DNA of 64,000 nt from Alphaproteobacteria bacterium (GCA_009694025.1 SHVZ01000007.1:5872-69871); one strand, 5' to 3'. Shown: positions 27,046-36,206, counted from the stretch's first letter. The notes: a model not told the origin generated them from the letters alone. A program made the numbers and translations.

Positions 27046-29128
27046 GGCGCCTGGTCTCCATGACGATGTCGCCGCGCTGGTTGACCGTCGCCTCGAAGCT
27101 GGCCGGCACGATCGTCGTCGTCTCATCTTCGACGATCACCGCCGGGCCGTCGATGGCAGCGCCCGGCTCGAGGTCCGATCTCCTAAAGATCGGCATGTCG
27201 ACGAGCTTCCCGAGGGTGGGTTCGTAGACCGGCCGGCGCCCGATCGACGCGGCGGTTTTGCCGCGAGGCGGCGGCGGGCTCTTGCGCAGAGGCTCGGGAA
27301 CCGTGGACACGGTCACCGACCAAGTGACGATCTCGACCGCCATGTCCGGCAGGTGAAGCCCATAGATCTGCCGATAGCGCGCCTCGAAACGTTGCCGCAG
27401 GTCGGGCAGGTCGTCGCCCGAGAGCGGCCGGTCGGGCAGGCTCATCGGCAGCTCGTGACCCTGGCCGAGGTAGCGCATGTCGACCAGCCGCATCTCGGTC
27501 AACGGGGCCGCGCCCGCCCCCTCCGCCACGACGCGGTGGGCCTCCTCGCGCAGCTCCGAGACCAGGCGGTTGGCTTCGCCGAGATCGAATGCGGCGAGCG
27601 GAACCCGCCAACTGCGGACGACTTCGTAGGCGATCGGCGCACGGAGGAAGCCGATCGCCGAGCCGACGCCGGCGCCGACCGGCACCAGGACCCGGCGGAT
27701 GCCCAGCTTCTCCGCGAGACGGCCGGCGTGCAGCGGGGCGCCGCCGCCGAAGGCGACCATGGTGTAGCGGTCGATTACCTTGCCGCGCTCGATTGCGTGC
27801 ACGCGGGCGGCGTTCGCCATGTTCTCCTCGACGATCTCCGACACGCCGGCGGCCGGCCAATGCCCGTCGAGGCCGAGCTTGGCGCCGATGTCCCGGGATA
27901 GCGCCGATTCCGCCCGCTCACCGTGGAGCGCGATACGGCCGCCGGCGAACCATTTTGGGTCGATGCGACCAAGCGCGAGGTCGGCGTCGGTGACCGTCGG
28001 TGCCGTGCCGCCGCGGCCGTAGCAGGCGGGGCCGGGATCGGCGCCGGCGCTGTCGGGTCCGACGGTGATCCGCCGCATGGCGTCGACCCGGGCGATCGAT
28101 CCGCCGCCGGCGCCGATCTCGACCATCTCGACCACCGGAATGCGCACCGGCAGACCGCTGCCCTTGAGGTCGCGGTACATGCGGGCGACCTCGAACCGCC
28201 GTGCCCGTTCCGGCTCGCCGTCGTCGAGGAGGCAGATCTTGGCAGTCGTCCCGCCCATGTCGAAAGCCAGCGCCGCGGGCAGATCGCATTCCCGGGCGAT
28301 CTCGCCCGCGAGGATGACGCCGCCGGCGGGGCCGGACTCCACCAGCCGAATTGGGAATCGGGTCGCATGGTCGAGGGTGGTGAGCCCGCCGCCGGACATC
28401 ATCAGGAACAGCGGCGCCGTCAATCCTTTCGCTTCGAGCCGCTGGCGCAGCCGCGTCAGGTATCCGGCCATCAGCGGGCGCACATAGGCGTTGGCGCAAG
28501 TGGTCGAGAAGCGCTCGTATTCCCGGATCTCCGGGCAGACCTCGCTCGAAAGACAGATGGTCACGCCCGGCGGCAACAGCTCCTTCAGCACCTCCCGCGC
28601 CCGCCGCTCGTGCTCGGCATGGGCATAGGCGTGGATGAAACCGACGGCGACCGCCTGGACCTTGGCCGCCCGGATGGCGTCGGCGGCGCGACGGAGATCC
28701 TCATCCTCCAGCGGCAGCAGCACGCGGCCGCGGGCCGAGATGCGCTCGCGCACCGGAAACCTGAGCGGCCTCGGCACCAGCGGCTCGGGCTTGTCCATGT
28801 AGAAGTCGTATTGCTCGAACCGCTTCTCGTAGCCCATCTCCAGGATGTCGCGGAGGCCGGCCGTGGTGACAAAGGCGGTCCTGGCTCCCTTCCGCTCGAT
28901 CAGCGCATTGGTCGCGAGCGTGGTTCCATGAATGAAGAGGCCGATCTCTCCGGCCTCGAGGCCGGCCAGGCGCAGGACCACCTCGATCCCCTCGATCACG
29001 CCTTCCTCAGGCGCGGCCGGAGTGGTCAGCACCTTGGTCGTGAGTCGGCCGCCCGCCGCCTCCAGAACGACATCGGTGAAGGTCCCGCCGATGTCGACGG
29101 CCAGGCGGTTGCGGACCTGCTCAGGCAC
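27035..29128 (-). CDS. hyuA: hydantoinase A / oxoprolinase family protein (ATP-dependent)
   Basis: GTG start. ASKHA-type boxes VDIGGTFTDVV and FDMGGTTAKI. 697 aa. Confidence 0.9.
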   Translation of the reverse strand: MPEQVRNRLAVDIGGTFTDVVLEAAGGRLTTKVLTTPAAPEEGVIEGIEVVLRLAGLEAGEIGLFIHGTTLATNALIERKGARTAFVTTAGLRDILEMGYEKRFEQYDFYMDKPEPLVPRPLRFPVRERISARGRVLLPLEDEDLRRAADAIRAAKVQAVAVGFIHAYAHAEHERRAREVLKELLPPGVTICLSSEVCPEIREYERFSTTCANAYVRPLMAGYLTRLRQRLEAKGLTAPLFLMMSGGGLTTLDHATRFPIRLVESGPAGGVILAGEIARECDLPAALAFDMGGTTAKICLLDDGEPERARRFEVARMYRDLKGSGLPVRIPVVEMVEIGAGGGSIARVDAMRRITVGPDSAGADPGPACYGRGGTAPTVTDADLALGRIDPKWFAGGRIALHGERAESALSRDIGAKLGLDGHWPAAGVSEIVEENMANAARVHAIERGKVIDRYTMVAFGGGAPLHAGRLAEKLGIRRVLVPVGAGVGSAIGFLRAPIAYEVVRSWRVPLAAFDLGEANRLVSELREEAHRVVAEGAGAAPLTEMRLVDMRYLGQGHELPMSLPDRPLSGDDLPDLRQRFEARYRQIYGLHLPDMAVEIVTWSVTVSTVPEPLRKSPPPPRGKTAASIGRRPVYEPTLGKLVDMPIFRRSDLEPGAAIDGPAVIVEDETTTIVPASFEATVNQRGDIVMETRRHAL

Positions 29129-29321
29129 GACAAGGCCGTGCCGCTGCGAGGGGGTTCAAGACCGAGGGAGAGGGGAGATTGGCGGGGATTTCAAGCATTC
29201 GGTACGGCCGAGGCAGGCAAGAGAACAGGTTTTTTTCTTGGTTACAAGCCAGACGAAGCGATGCAAGATCGCGCCCTTCGAGAGATGATCGCCGCCGACG
29301 CGCGCGGTCCGGGAGCGTCTG

Positions 29322-30389
29322 ATGGCCGGGGATGCAGACGTCGTTACGCCCCGCAGGAAGCCATATTACATCGAGCTTGCCGCCGGTCGCACCTATGTCT
29401 GGTGCAGTTGCGGTCGCAGCCGCTCGCAGCCGTTCTGCGACGGCTCGCACAAGGGAACCGGCTTCAACCCGATCGCCTACACCGCCAAGCAGGCGGGCCG
29501 GGAAGTGCTCTTCTGCGCCTGCAAGCAATCGAAGACGCCGCCCTTCTGCGACGGGTCGCACAACAACCTGTCGTCGACCTACGAGGAGGACGATCCGAAC
29601 AGCGCCGCGAACAGCGCCATCGCCAAGGTGGGCGCGGGTACCGATGGGGTAGCGCGGTTGGACGGCGGCTGCGCCGTCAGCACGATCGACGCAGCGACCC
29701 TCGAACACCGGGGCGTTCTCGGCCACCGCCAGGTCATCGGGGCCGCGGACGGAGCTCGTCACCAGTCACTGTTCTATCTGGAATGCGCGCGCGGCGTATC
29801 CCCCGTGGCCGGATTCGACGACCGGCATGTCATCCTCTTTGTCTCAAGCGGCTGCGGCCGGGTCGCGATCGCCGATCGCTCATTTCAGGTCGACGCGGCC
29901 ACCGGTGTCTATGTCCGTCCGGGCGAAGCCTTCCGCCTGGAGAACGACGGCGCGTTACCTCTCAAGGTCTTCGCCGCGGCCTGCCCGTTGGTGGATTCCA
30001 TTCGCTGGCACGACGCCATGCCCGCTTGTTTCGACCCTCGCCTACCGAAGCGATCCGTCGGCATCGACCCGGAGGCGCGCAACCGGATGGGCGACCGGTT
30101 CTTCCAGATGCTCGTCGACAAGTCTCTTGGGTCCGACGTCGCGACCCAGTTCATCGGTGAGATCCCGAAATCCAAGGCCGCTCCCCATCGCCACCTCTAC
30201 GAGGAGTCCCTGATCGTCGTCCGGGGAGAAGGCTGGATGTGGACCGCGGCAAAAAGGGCGCCCGTCCGTGCCGGCGACGTCATTTTCCTGCCGCGCAAGC
30301 AGGTCCATTCGCTCGAATGCACCGATCCGGCGGGGATGCTGGTTGCCGGCGTGATCTATCCCGGCGACAATCCGTCGATAAACTACTGA
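29322..30389 (+). CDS. tandem CDGSH 2Fe-2S domains fused to a bicupin
   Basis: Two complete C-x-C-x2-S-x3-P-x-C-D-G-S-H motifs (nt 29403-29450 and 29514-29561). C-terminal cupin metal motifs HRHLYEESLIVVRGEG and GDVIFLPRKQVH. SD-like GGGAGCG upstream. Confidence 0.85.
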   Translation: MAGDADVVTPRRKPYYIELAAGRTYVWCSCGRSRSQPFCDGSHKGTGFNPIAYTAKQAGREVLFCACKQSKTPPFCDGSHNNLSSTYEEDDPNSAANSAIAKVGAGTDGVARLDGGCAVSTIDAATLEHRGVLGHRQVIGAADGARHQSLFYLECARGVSPVAGFDDRHVILFVSSGCGRVAIADRSFQVDAATGVYVRPGEAFRLENDGALPLKVFAAACPLVDSIRWHDAMPACFDPRLPKRSVGIDPEARNRMGDRFFQMLVDKSLGSDVATQFIGEIPKSKAAPHRHLYEESLIVVRGEGWMWTAAKRAPVRAGDVIFLPRKQVHSLECTDPAGMLVAGVIYPGDNPSINY

Positions 30390-30420
30390 ATTTCGAACGA
30401 TCGAACCGAGGGAGGAAGAG

Positions 30421-32001
30421 ATGAAGAAGGTTTCCAGCTTGGCGTTGATGGCGGTGGCGCTCCTGATGGGAAGCACGCCGGCCGGCGCGGCGAACTTCCG
30501 CTGGGGTGCCGATTCCGATCCCGGAACCATGGACCCGCACAGCCGCAACGTGACGCCGACGATCTCGTTCCTCTCCAACATCTACGAGCCTCTGGTCAGG
30601 CGCAGCCGCGAGATGAAGCTGGAAGCGGCGCTGGCGACATCCTGGACCAACACCGCGCCCGACACCTGGCGCTTCGCGCTTCGGCGGAACGTGAAGTTCC
30701 ATGACGGGTCGCCGTTCACCGCCGACGACGTCATCTTTACGGTCGGCCGCACCCGCGGGCCGGGCTCGGCGCTCGCCGGCGTGCTCGCCTCGGTCGCCGA
30801 CGTCAAGAAAGTCGACGACTTCGCGGTCGACGTCATCACCAAGGGGCCGAACCCGATCCTTCCCTACGAGCTGCTCGGCTGGCTGATGATGTCGAAGACC
30901 TGGGCAGAGGCCCGCAACGTCACACAGGCGACCAACCTCGCGAGCCAACAGTCCACCTACGCCAGCACCAACGCCAATGGCACGGGGCCGTTCAAGCTGC
31001 GCTCGCGCGTCGCCGACTCGACCGCCGTTCTCGAGCCCAATCCGGCCTGGTGGGACAAGGTCGAGCACAATCTGACCGAGGTCACCTTCAACCCGCTCGC
31101 CAACCCCGCGACCCGCGTCGCCGCCATCGTCTCGGGCGAGGTCGACATGATCTACGGCCTGCCGGTTTCCGCCGTACCCCAGGTACAGGCGCGCCCGAAC
31201 CTCAGGGTTCTCAGGTCGCCGGAGATGCGGACGATGTATTTCGGCATGGACATGTCCCGGCCCGAACTCATCGACGGCAACCTCAAGGGCCAGAACCCGT
31301 TCAAGGACAAGCGGGTGCGCGAGGCCGTCCGGATCGCGATCGACGCCGAGCAGATCCACAACGTCGTCATGCGCGGCTTCGGCGCTCTCAACTACATCAT
31401 GGTGGGGCCGGGCGTCGAAGGCTTCGATCCGGCCCTCAACGTGAAGCCGGCGGGCGATCTCGCCGCGGCGCAAAAATTGATGGCGGACGCGGGTTTCCCC
31501 AACGGCTTCGAGACCGGCATGGACTGCTCGAACGACCGCTTCATGAACGACGAGCAGATCTGCACCTCCGTCGTCTCGATGCTGGCGAAGATCGGCATCA
31601 AGGTGAAGCTCCGGACCCAGCCCTTCTCGCAATACGTCAAGCTGATCAACCCGCCCTATGAGACCAGCCTATTCTACGTCGGCTGGGGCGGCGCCACCGG
31701 AGATGCCCATAACTACCTGATCAACCTGATGGCGACCCGCGCTCAGGGCTCGCCGCGCGGCCTGTTCAACGTCGGCGGCTACTCGAACACGAAGGTCGAC
31801 ACGCTGATCGACCAGATCCAGGTCGAGCTCGACCCGGCGAAGCGCCGCGGCATGATCGGCGACGCTCTCAAGCTGGTGCGCGACGACGTGCCGTATGTGC
31901 CGATCATGCAGCAGGTCATCGTCTGGGCGGCCAAGGACAACATCGATCTCGTCCAGCCGGCGGACGCCTACTTCCCGCTACGCTTCGTCCGCGTTCGCTA
32001 G
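30421..32001 (+). CDS. ABC transporter substrate-binding protein, family 5 (no adjacent permease/ATPase genes)
   Basis: SD GGGAGGAAGAG. Signal peptide ending PAGAAN. TMDP, KFHDGSPFTADDVIFT, GTGPFKL; canonical order. Confidence 0.9.
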   Translation: MKKVSSLALMAVALLMGSTPAGAANFRWGADSDPGTMDPHSRNVTPTISFLSNIYEPLVRRSREMKLEAALATSWTNTAPDTWRFALRRNVKFHDGSPFTADDVIFTVGRTRGPGSALAGVLASVADVKKVDDFAVDVITKGPNPILPYELLGWLMMSKTWAEARNVTQATNLASQQSTYASTNANGTGPFKLRSRVADSTAVLEPNPAWWDKVEHNLTEVTFNPLANPATRVAAIVSGEVDMIYGLPVSAVPQVQARPNLRVLRSPEMRTMYFGMDMSRPELIDGNLKGQNPFKDKRVREAVRIAIDAEQIHNVVMRGFGALNYIMVGPGVEGFDPALNVKPAGDLAAAQKLMADAGFPNGFETGMDCSNDRFMNDEQICTSVVSMLAKIGIKVKLRTQPFSQYVKLINPPYETSLFYVGWGGATGDAHNYLINLMATRAQGSPRGLFNVGGYSNTKVDTLIDQIQVELDPAKRRGMIGDALKLVRDDVPYVPIMQQVIVWAAKDNIDLVQPADAYFPLRFVRVR

Positions 32002-32020
32002 AGACTGTTCCAACGGAGGA

Positions 32021-32057
32021 GACCGGGATCGGCATTGCCGGTCCCGGTCGATTTTTT
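32021..32057 (+). terminator. intrinsic terminator-like hairpin directly abutting the next start codon
   Basis: 13-bp stem (12 WC + 1 G-U) gaccgggatcggc / att / gccggtcccggtc, then ga + T6. It ends 2 nt before ATG 32060. Confidence 0.65.
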
Positions 32058-32059
32058 GA

Positions 32060-33151
32060 ATGGCAAGCACCGGGTTCTTCGCCGAGTCCTACGAGGAGGC
32101 CCGGGCGAAGTTCCTTAGCGCCCTCGACGAGGCCGGCGGCACGCGCCTCGCCGACTTCCACAACCCGGCGAAAGGCCCCGCCGGCGAGGCCTTATGGACC
32201 GATGTCGGACGCCTCGGCCCGGCGGGCGCCCGGAAGCTACTGGTTCTCGTCAGCGGCACCCATGGGATCGAAGGCTTCTGCGGGTCCGGCTGCCAGACCG
32301 GCTGGCTCGCCGGGCGGTATGGCCGGCGCGATCTGCCCGACGGCGTCACCGTGTTGTTCGTCCATGCGATCAACCCCTACGGCTTCGCCTGGCAGCGCCG
32401 GGTGAACGAGGACAACGTCGACCTCAACCGCAACTTCCTCGATCATGCCAAGCCGTATCCGGTCAACGCCGACTATCAGGCGCTCCAGGCCCACATCAAT
32501 CCCGACGTCTGGACGCCGGAGGTGGTGGCCGAGGCCGAAGCGGCGATCGCCGCCCACCACGGCAATCCGAAGGGCCCGTTCCTGGCCAAGGCCATTCATG
32601 GCGGCCAGTACGTCAATCCACGCGGGACCTTCTACGGCGGCGACAAGGCGACCTGGTCCAACCGGACCTTCCGCGAGATCGTCGAGACGTTCGTCGCGCC
32701 GGCGTCTGAGGTCTGCCTCATCGACTACCACACCGGCAACGGCGTCTACGGCTTCTGCGACCTGTTCGTCGACGACCGGGTCGCCGGCACGCGGTCCCGC
32801 GACTGGTTCGAGCACTGCACGCCGATCGAGGCGGTGCCGGTCGAGCACGGCCATGCCCAGAGCGACGTTCCCGGTCTCCTGATGTATGTCGCCCGGGACA
32901 CGCTCCCTGGCCGCCGGGTGACGAGCTGCCTTGTCGAGATGCGCACGCGCTCGCAGGACGGTCTGCAGAACGCCATTCGCGAGGAGAACTGGCTGTTCCA
33001 GCATGGCGACCCGGATTCGCCGCGCGGACGCGAGGTCCGAGCAGGCGTCCGCGAGCTGTTCTACCCTTCCGCACCGGAGTGGAAACCGATGGTGCTCCGC
33101 CAGTCGAACGCGATGATCGGCGAGGCGCTCGACGGGCTCGGCCGGGCATGA
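32060..33151 (+). CDS. DUF2817-like M14-type metallo-deacylase/carboxypeptidase
   Basis: ATG is immediately preceded by an in-frame TGA, so this is the only possible start. Zinc box SGTHGIEGFCGSG, NRNF. Confidence 0.8.
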   Translation: MASTGFFAESYEEARAKFLSALDEAGGTRLADFHNPAKGPAGEALWTDVGRLGPAGARKLLVLVSGTHGIEGFCGSGCQTGWLAGRYGRRDLPDGVTVLFVHAINPYGFAWQRRVNEDNVDLNRNFLDHAKPYPVNADYQALQAHINPDVWTPEVVAEAEAAIAAHHGNPKGPFLAKAIHGGQYVNPRGTFYGGDKATWSNRTFREIVETFVAPASEVCLIDYHTGNGVYGFCDLFVDDRVAGTRSRDWFEHCTPIEAVPVEHGHAQSDVPGLLMYVARDTLPGRRVTSCLVEMRTRSQDGLQNAIREENWLFQHGDPDSPRGREVRAGVRELFYPSAPEWKPMVLRQSNAMIGEALDGLGRA

Positions 33152-34380
33152 TCGGCCGGGCCGACTGCGAGGCGCTCGATGCCGGCGACCCGCTGCGCGC
33201 GATCGCCGGCCGCTTTGCTCCCGGCGAGGCCGGCACGCTCTACTTCGACGCCAATTCGGTCGGCGCGATGGCAACGGACGTGCCCGATCGGGTCGACCGG
33301 CACCTCGCCGAATGGAGGAACCTTCGCCGCCGCGGCTGGAGCGAGTCGACCTGGCTCGATGCGCCGCGCCGGCTCGGCGGCAAGCTCGCCCCGCTCCTCG
33401 GCGCCGCGCCCGACGAGGTCGTGGTCTGCGACACCACGTCGATCAACCTGTTCAAGGCGCTGGCGGCGGCGCTCGCCCTCCGCCCGGGACGACGGCGCGT
33501 CGTCTCGCAGGCCGGCACCTTTCCGACCGACCTCTATGTCGTGCAGGGCCTGAAGACCCTTCGCGACGACATCGACCTTCACCTCGTGCCCGACGGCGAG
33601 GCGATCGAAGCAGCGCTCGACGACCAAACCGCCGTCGCCTATCTGAGTCAGGTCGACTACCGGACCGCGCGCCGGCTGGACATCCGGCGCCTCACCGCCG
33701 CCGCCCATGCCCGAGGCGCGCTGACGGTCTGGGATCTTTCCCACGGCGCCGGCGCCGTGCCGGCCGACCTCGATGCGTCCGGTGCCGATTTCGCCGTCGG
33801 CTGCGGCTACAAGTACCTTTGCGGCGGCCCGGGCGCTCCAGCCTATGTCTTCATCGCCCGCCGCCACCACGAGGCGGTTAGGCCGGTCCTGGCCGGATGG
33901 ATGGGGCACGCCAGCCCCTTCACGTTCTCGACCGACTATGTTCCCGGACCCGGCCTCGCCCGTTTCCTCGTCGGCACACCATCGGTGATCGCCAACGCGG
34001 TTATGGAGGCTGCCCTCGACATCTGGGCCGGCGTCGACCCGGCGAAGGTCTTCGCCAAGCACGCGGCGCTAGGAGACCTCCTCATCCGGCTCGCGCAGGA
34101 GAGCGCCGGAGCGCAGGCGATCGAGGTCGGAAGTCCGCTTGACGCCGGCGAGCGCGGGGGCTTCGTGGCGCTTCGGCACCCGGGTGGCGCGGCGGTGGTC
34201 GCGGCACTCGCCGACGCCGGCGTCGTCTGCTCCTTCCGGCCTCCCGACAGCATCCGTTTTGGCCTCAGCGCCCTCTACCACCGCTACGTCGACATGTGGG
34301 ACGCCATCGAGCGGCTCCGGCGCATCCTCGGCGAGGGCGCGTGGCGGGCAGAGAAATACGAGAAGACCAAGGCGATCTGA
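33148..34380 (+). CDS. kynU: kynureninase
   Basis: Last 410 codons of track ORF 33079..34380. ATGA overlap with the upstream gene. LDAGDPLR...YFDANSVG N-terminus and PLP-lysine box GCGYKYLCGGPGAPAY. Confidence 0.88.
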   Translation: MIGRADCEALDAGDPLRAIAGRFAPGEAGTLYFDANSVGAMATDVPDRVDRHLAEWRNLRRRGWSESTWLDAPRRLGGKLAPLLGAAPDEVVVCDTTSINLFKALAAALALRPGRRRVVSQAGTFPTDLYVVQGLKTLRDDIDLHLVPDGEAIEAALDDQTAVAYLSQVDYRTARRLDIRRLTAAAHARGALTVWDLSHGAGAVPADLDASGADFAVGCGYKYLCGGPGAPAYVFIARRHHEAVRPVLAGWMGHASPFTFSTDYVPGPGLARFLVGTPSVIANAVMEAALDIWAGVDPAKVFAKHAALGDLLIRLAQESAGAQAIEVGSPLDAGERGGFVALRHPGGAAVVAALADAGVVCSFRPPDSIRFGLSALYHRYVDMWDAIERLRRILGEGAWRAEKYEKTKAI

Positions 34381-34628
34381 CGGGCGCGTTCCTGCAGAGC
34401 AACTTTCTGTCGGCTGGCGCCCATGCCGCTTGCACAGGGCAACTCCCAAAAACTACGATAAAGGCGTGAGACAATACTCGCACCCGTACCGCGCCTGCGG
34501 CCTGATGTTGGTGCCGCCGGGCACAACCCGTTTCGTCTGGATGATCCGCGGATGCGACCATCGCGATGCGCGGCTCTGTTGTCGGGACTGAGACCCGACC
34601 CGACCACCGACCCTGAAGGGAGGACAAG

Positions 34629-36206
34629 ATGCGACCGCTGACCACCCGCATAGCCCTGCTGCTCCTCGGGACCGGCCTGACCCTGTCCGATGCCGCAGCG
34701 CAGACCACCGTCCTTCGTGTCGTCCCCTCGGCCGATCTTCGGGTGCTCGATCCGGTCGCGGTCACCGTCAATCTGACGCGCATTCATGGCGTCCAGATCT
34801 ACGAGTCGCTGTTCGCCTGGGACGAGAAGTTCCGCCCGCAGCCGATGATGATCGAGAGCTACGACAAGGCGGCTGACGGCCTCGCCTATACCTTCACCCT
34901 CCGGCAGGGCCTCACGTTCCACGATGGCTCGCCGGTGACGACCAAGGACGTCATCGCCTCCTTGAACCGCTGGATGAAGCGGGACGCCATGGGGCGCAGC
35001 ATGGCGGCGGCGGGCGGCGTCTTCGAGGCCAGGGACGACCGCACGCTGACGCTGAAACTGAAGGAGCCGTTCGGCTTCGTCGAGTTCTCGCTGGGATCGG
35101 GTGTCGGTCAGCTTCCCATCGTCATGCGCGAGAAGGAGGCGATGACCGATCCGGTCACGCCGGTCACCGAAGCCATCGGCTCCGGCCCCTGGAAGTTCAA
35201 CAAGGCGGAATGGGCGCCGGGAGCCAAGACCGTCTACGACAAGTTCGCTAACTACCGGCCGCGCACGGAGCCCACCAGCGGACTTGCTGGCGCCAAGCTG
35301 GTCAAGGTCGACCGCATGGAATGGATCGTGCTGCCGGACAACACCACCGCCGCGAACGCGCTCGGACGCGGCGAGGTCGACTTCATGGAGCAGCCGGCCC
35401 CGGACACGCTGCCTATTCTCAAGCAGATGAAGGACGTCACCATCCGCTCGGCGGTCCTGCTCGAAAGCCAGGCGTGGATCCGCCCGAACCATCTCTATCC
35501 ACCGTTCAACAACGTGAAGGCACGCCAAGCGCTAGCCGTATCGCTGAGCCAGGACGACTATATGATGGCGTTCGTCGGCGATCGTGAGCGCTTCAAGGAG
35601 TGCTACGCGTTCTTCACTTGCGGCGGCCCGTTCGACACGGCGGCCGGGTCGGAGACCTACCGCAAACCGGATATCGCGCGGGCCAAGCAACTTCTGGCCG
35701 AATCCGGCTACAAGGGCGAGAAGGTCTATCTGCTGGCCTCGAACGAGGCCGCGCTCAGCCGCTCGATGTTCCCGGTCACGGTGGAACAGATGAAGGCGGT
35801 CGGCTTCAACGTCGAGGTGATGAACTACGACTGGGGCGCCACCATCGCCCGCTGGATCAAGAAGGACAAGCCGGGCGAAGGCGGCTGGAACCTGTTCGTC
35901 GCGGGCTCACCCGGAGCCGTGCTCTTCCATCCGATCGGAAATTTCTACGTCGACTTGAGCTGCGCCGGCACCAACGGCGCCGGCTGGCCGTGCGACGAGG
36001 AGGGCGAAAAGCTCCGCCAGCGGCTGATCAAGGCGACGGACGACGCCGAGCGAAAGCAAGCCCTCGACGCCTTCCATCGACGCCTGTGGGAGCAGCAGCC
36101 GCTGATCCTCGCCGGCCAGTACCAGGTGTTCAGCGCCTGGCGGAACACCGTCGACGGCGTGCTGCAGGCGCCGACGCTCGCCTATTGGAACATCTCGAAG
36201 AAATAG
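34629..36206 (+). CDS. ABC transporter substrate-binding protein, family 5 (orphan)
   Basis: SD GAAGGGAGGA; signal peptide. LRVLDP, TFHDGSPVTTKDVIAS, GSGPWKF, GWPCDEEGEKLR. Confidence 0.9.
   Translation: MRPLTTRIALLLLGTGLTLSDAAAQTTVLRVVPSADLRVLDPVAVTVNLTRIHGVQIYESLFAWDEKFRPQPMMIESYDKAADGLAYTFTLRQGLTFHDGSPVTTKDVIASLNRWMKRDAMGRSMAAAGGVFEARDDRTLTLKLKEPFGFVEFSLGSGVGQLPIVMREKEAMTDPVTPVTEAIGSGPWKFNKAEWAPGAKTVYDKFANYRPRTEPTSGLAGAKLVKVDRMEWIVLPDNTTAANALGRGEVDFMEQPAPDTLPILKQMKDVTIRSAVLLESQAWIRPNHLYPPFNNVKARQALAVSLSQDDYMMAFVGDRERFKECYAFFTCGGPFDTAAGSETYRKPDIARAKQLLAESGYKGEKVYLLASNEAALSRSMFPVTVEQMKAVGFNVEVMNYDWGATIARWIKKDKPGEGGWNLFVAGSPGAVLFHPIGNFYVDLSCAGTNGAGWPCDEEGEKLRQRLIKATDDAERKQALDAFHRRLWEQQPLILAGQYQVFSAWRNTVDGVLQAPTLAYWNISKK

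Noticed and set aside
29153-29163. tRNA T-loop-like string GGTTCAAGACC (and GTTCGAA at 43745-43751)
   Set aside because: The flanking bases cannot form a T-stem or the rest of a cloverleaf. The second string lies inside the SDR relic. No tRNA is called.
34430-34459. TTGCAC-n18-TACGAT promoter-like pair in the 248-nt region before the SBP gene at 34629
   Set aside because: Both hexamers are weak matches and nothing else supports them. Not reported as a feature.
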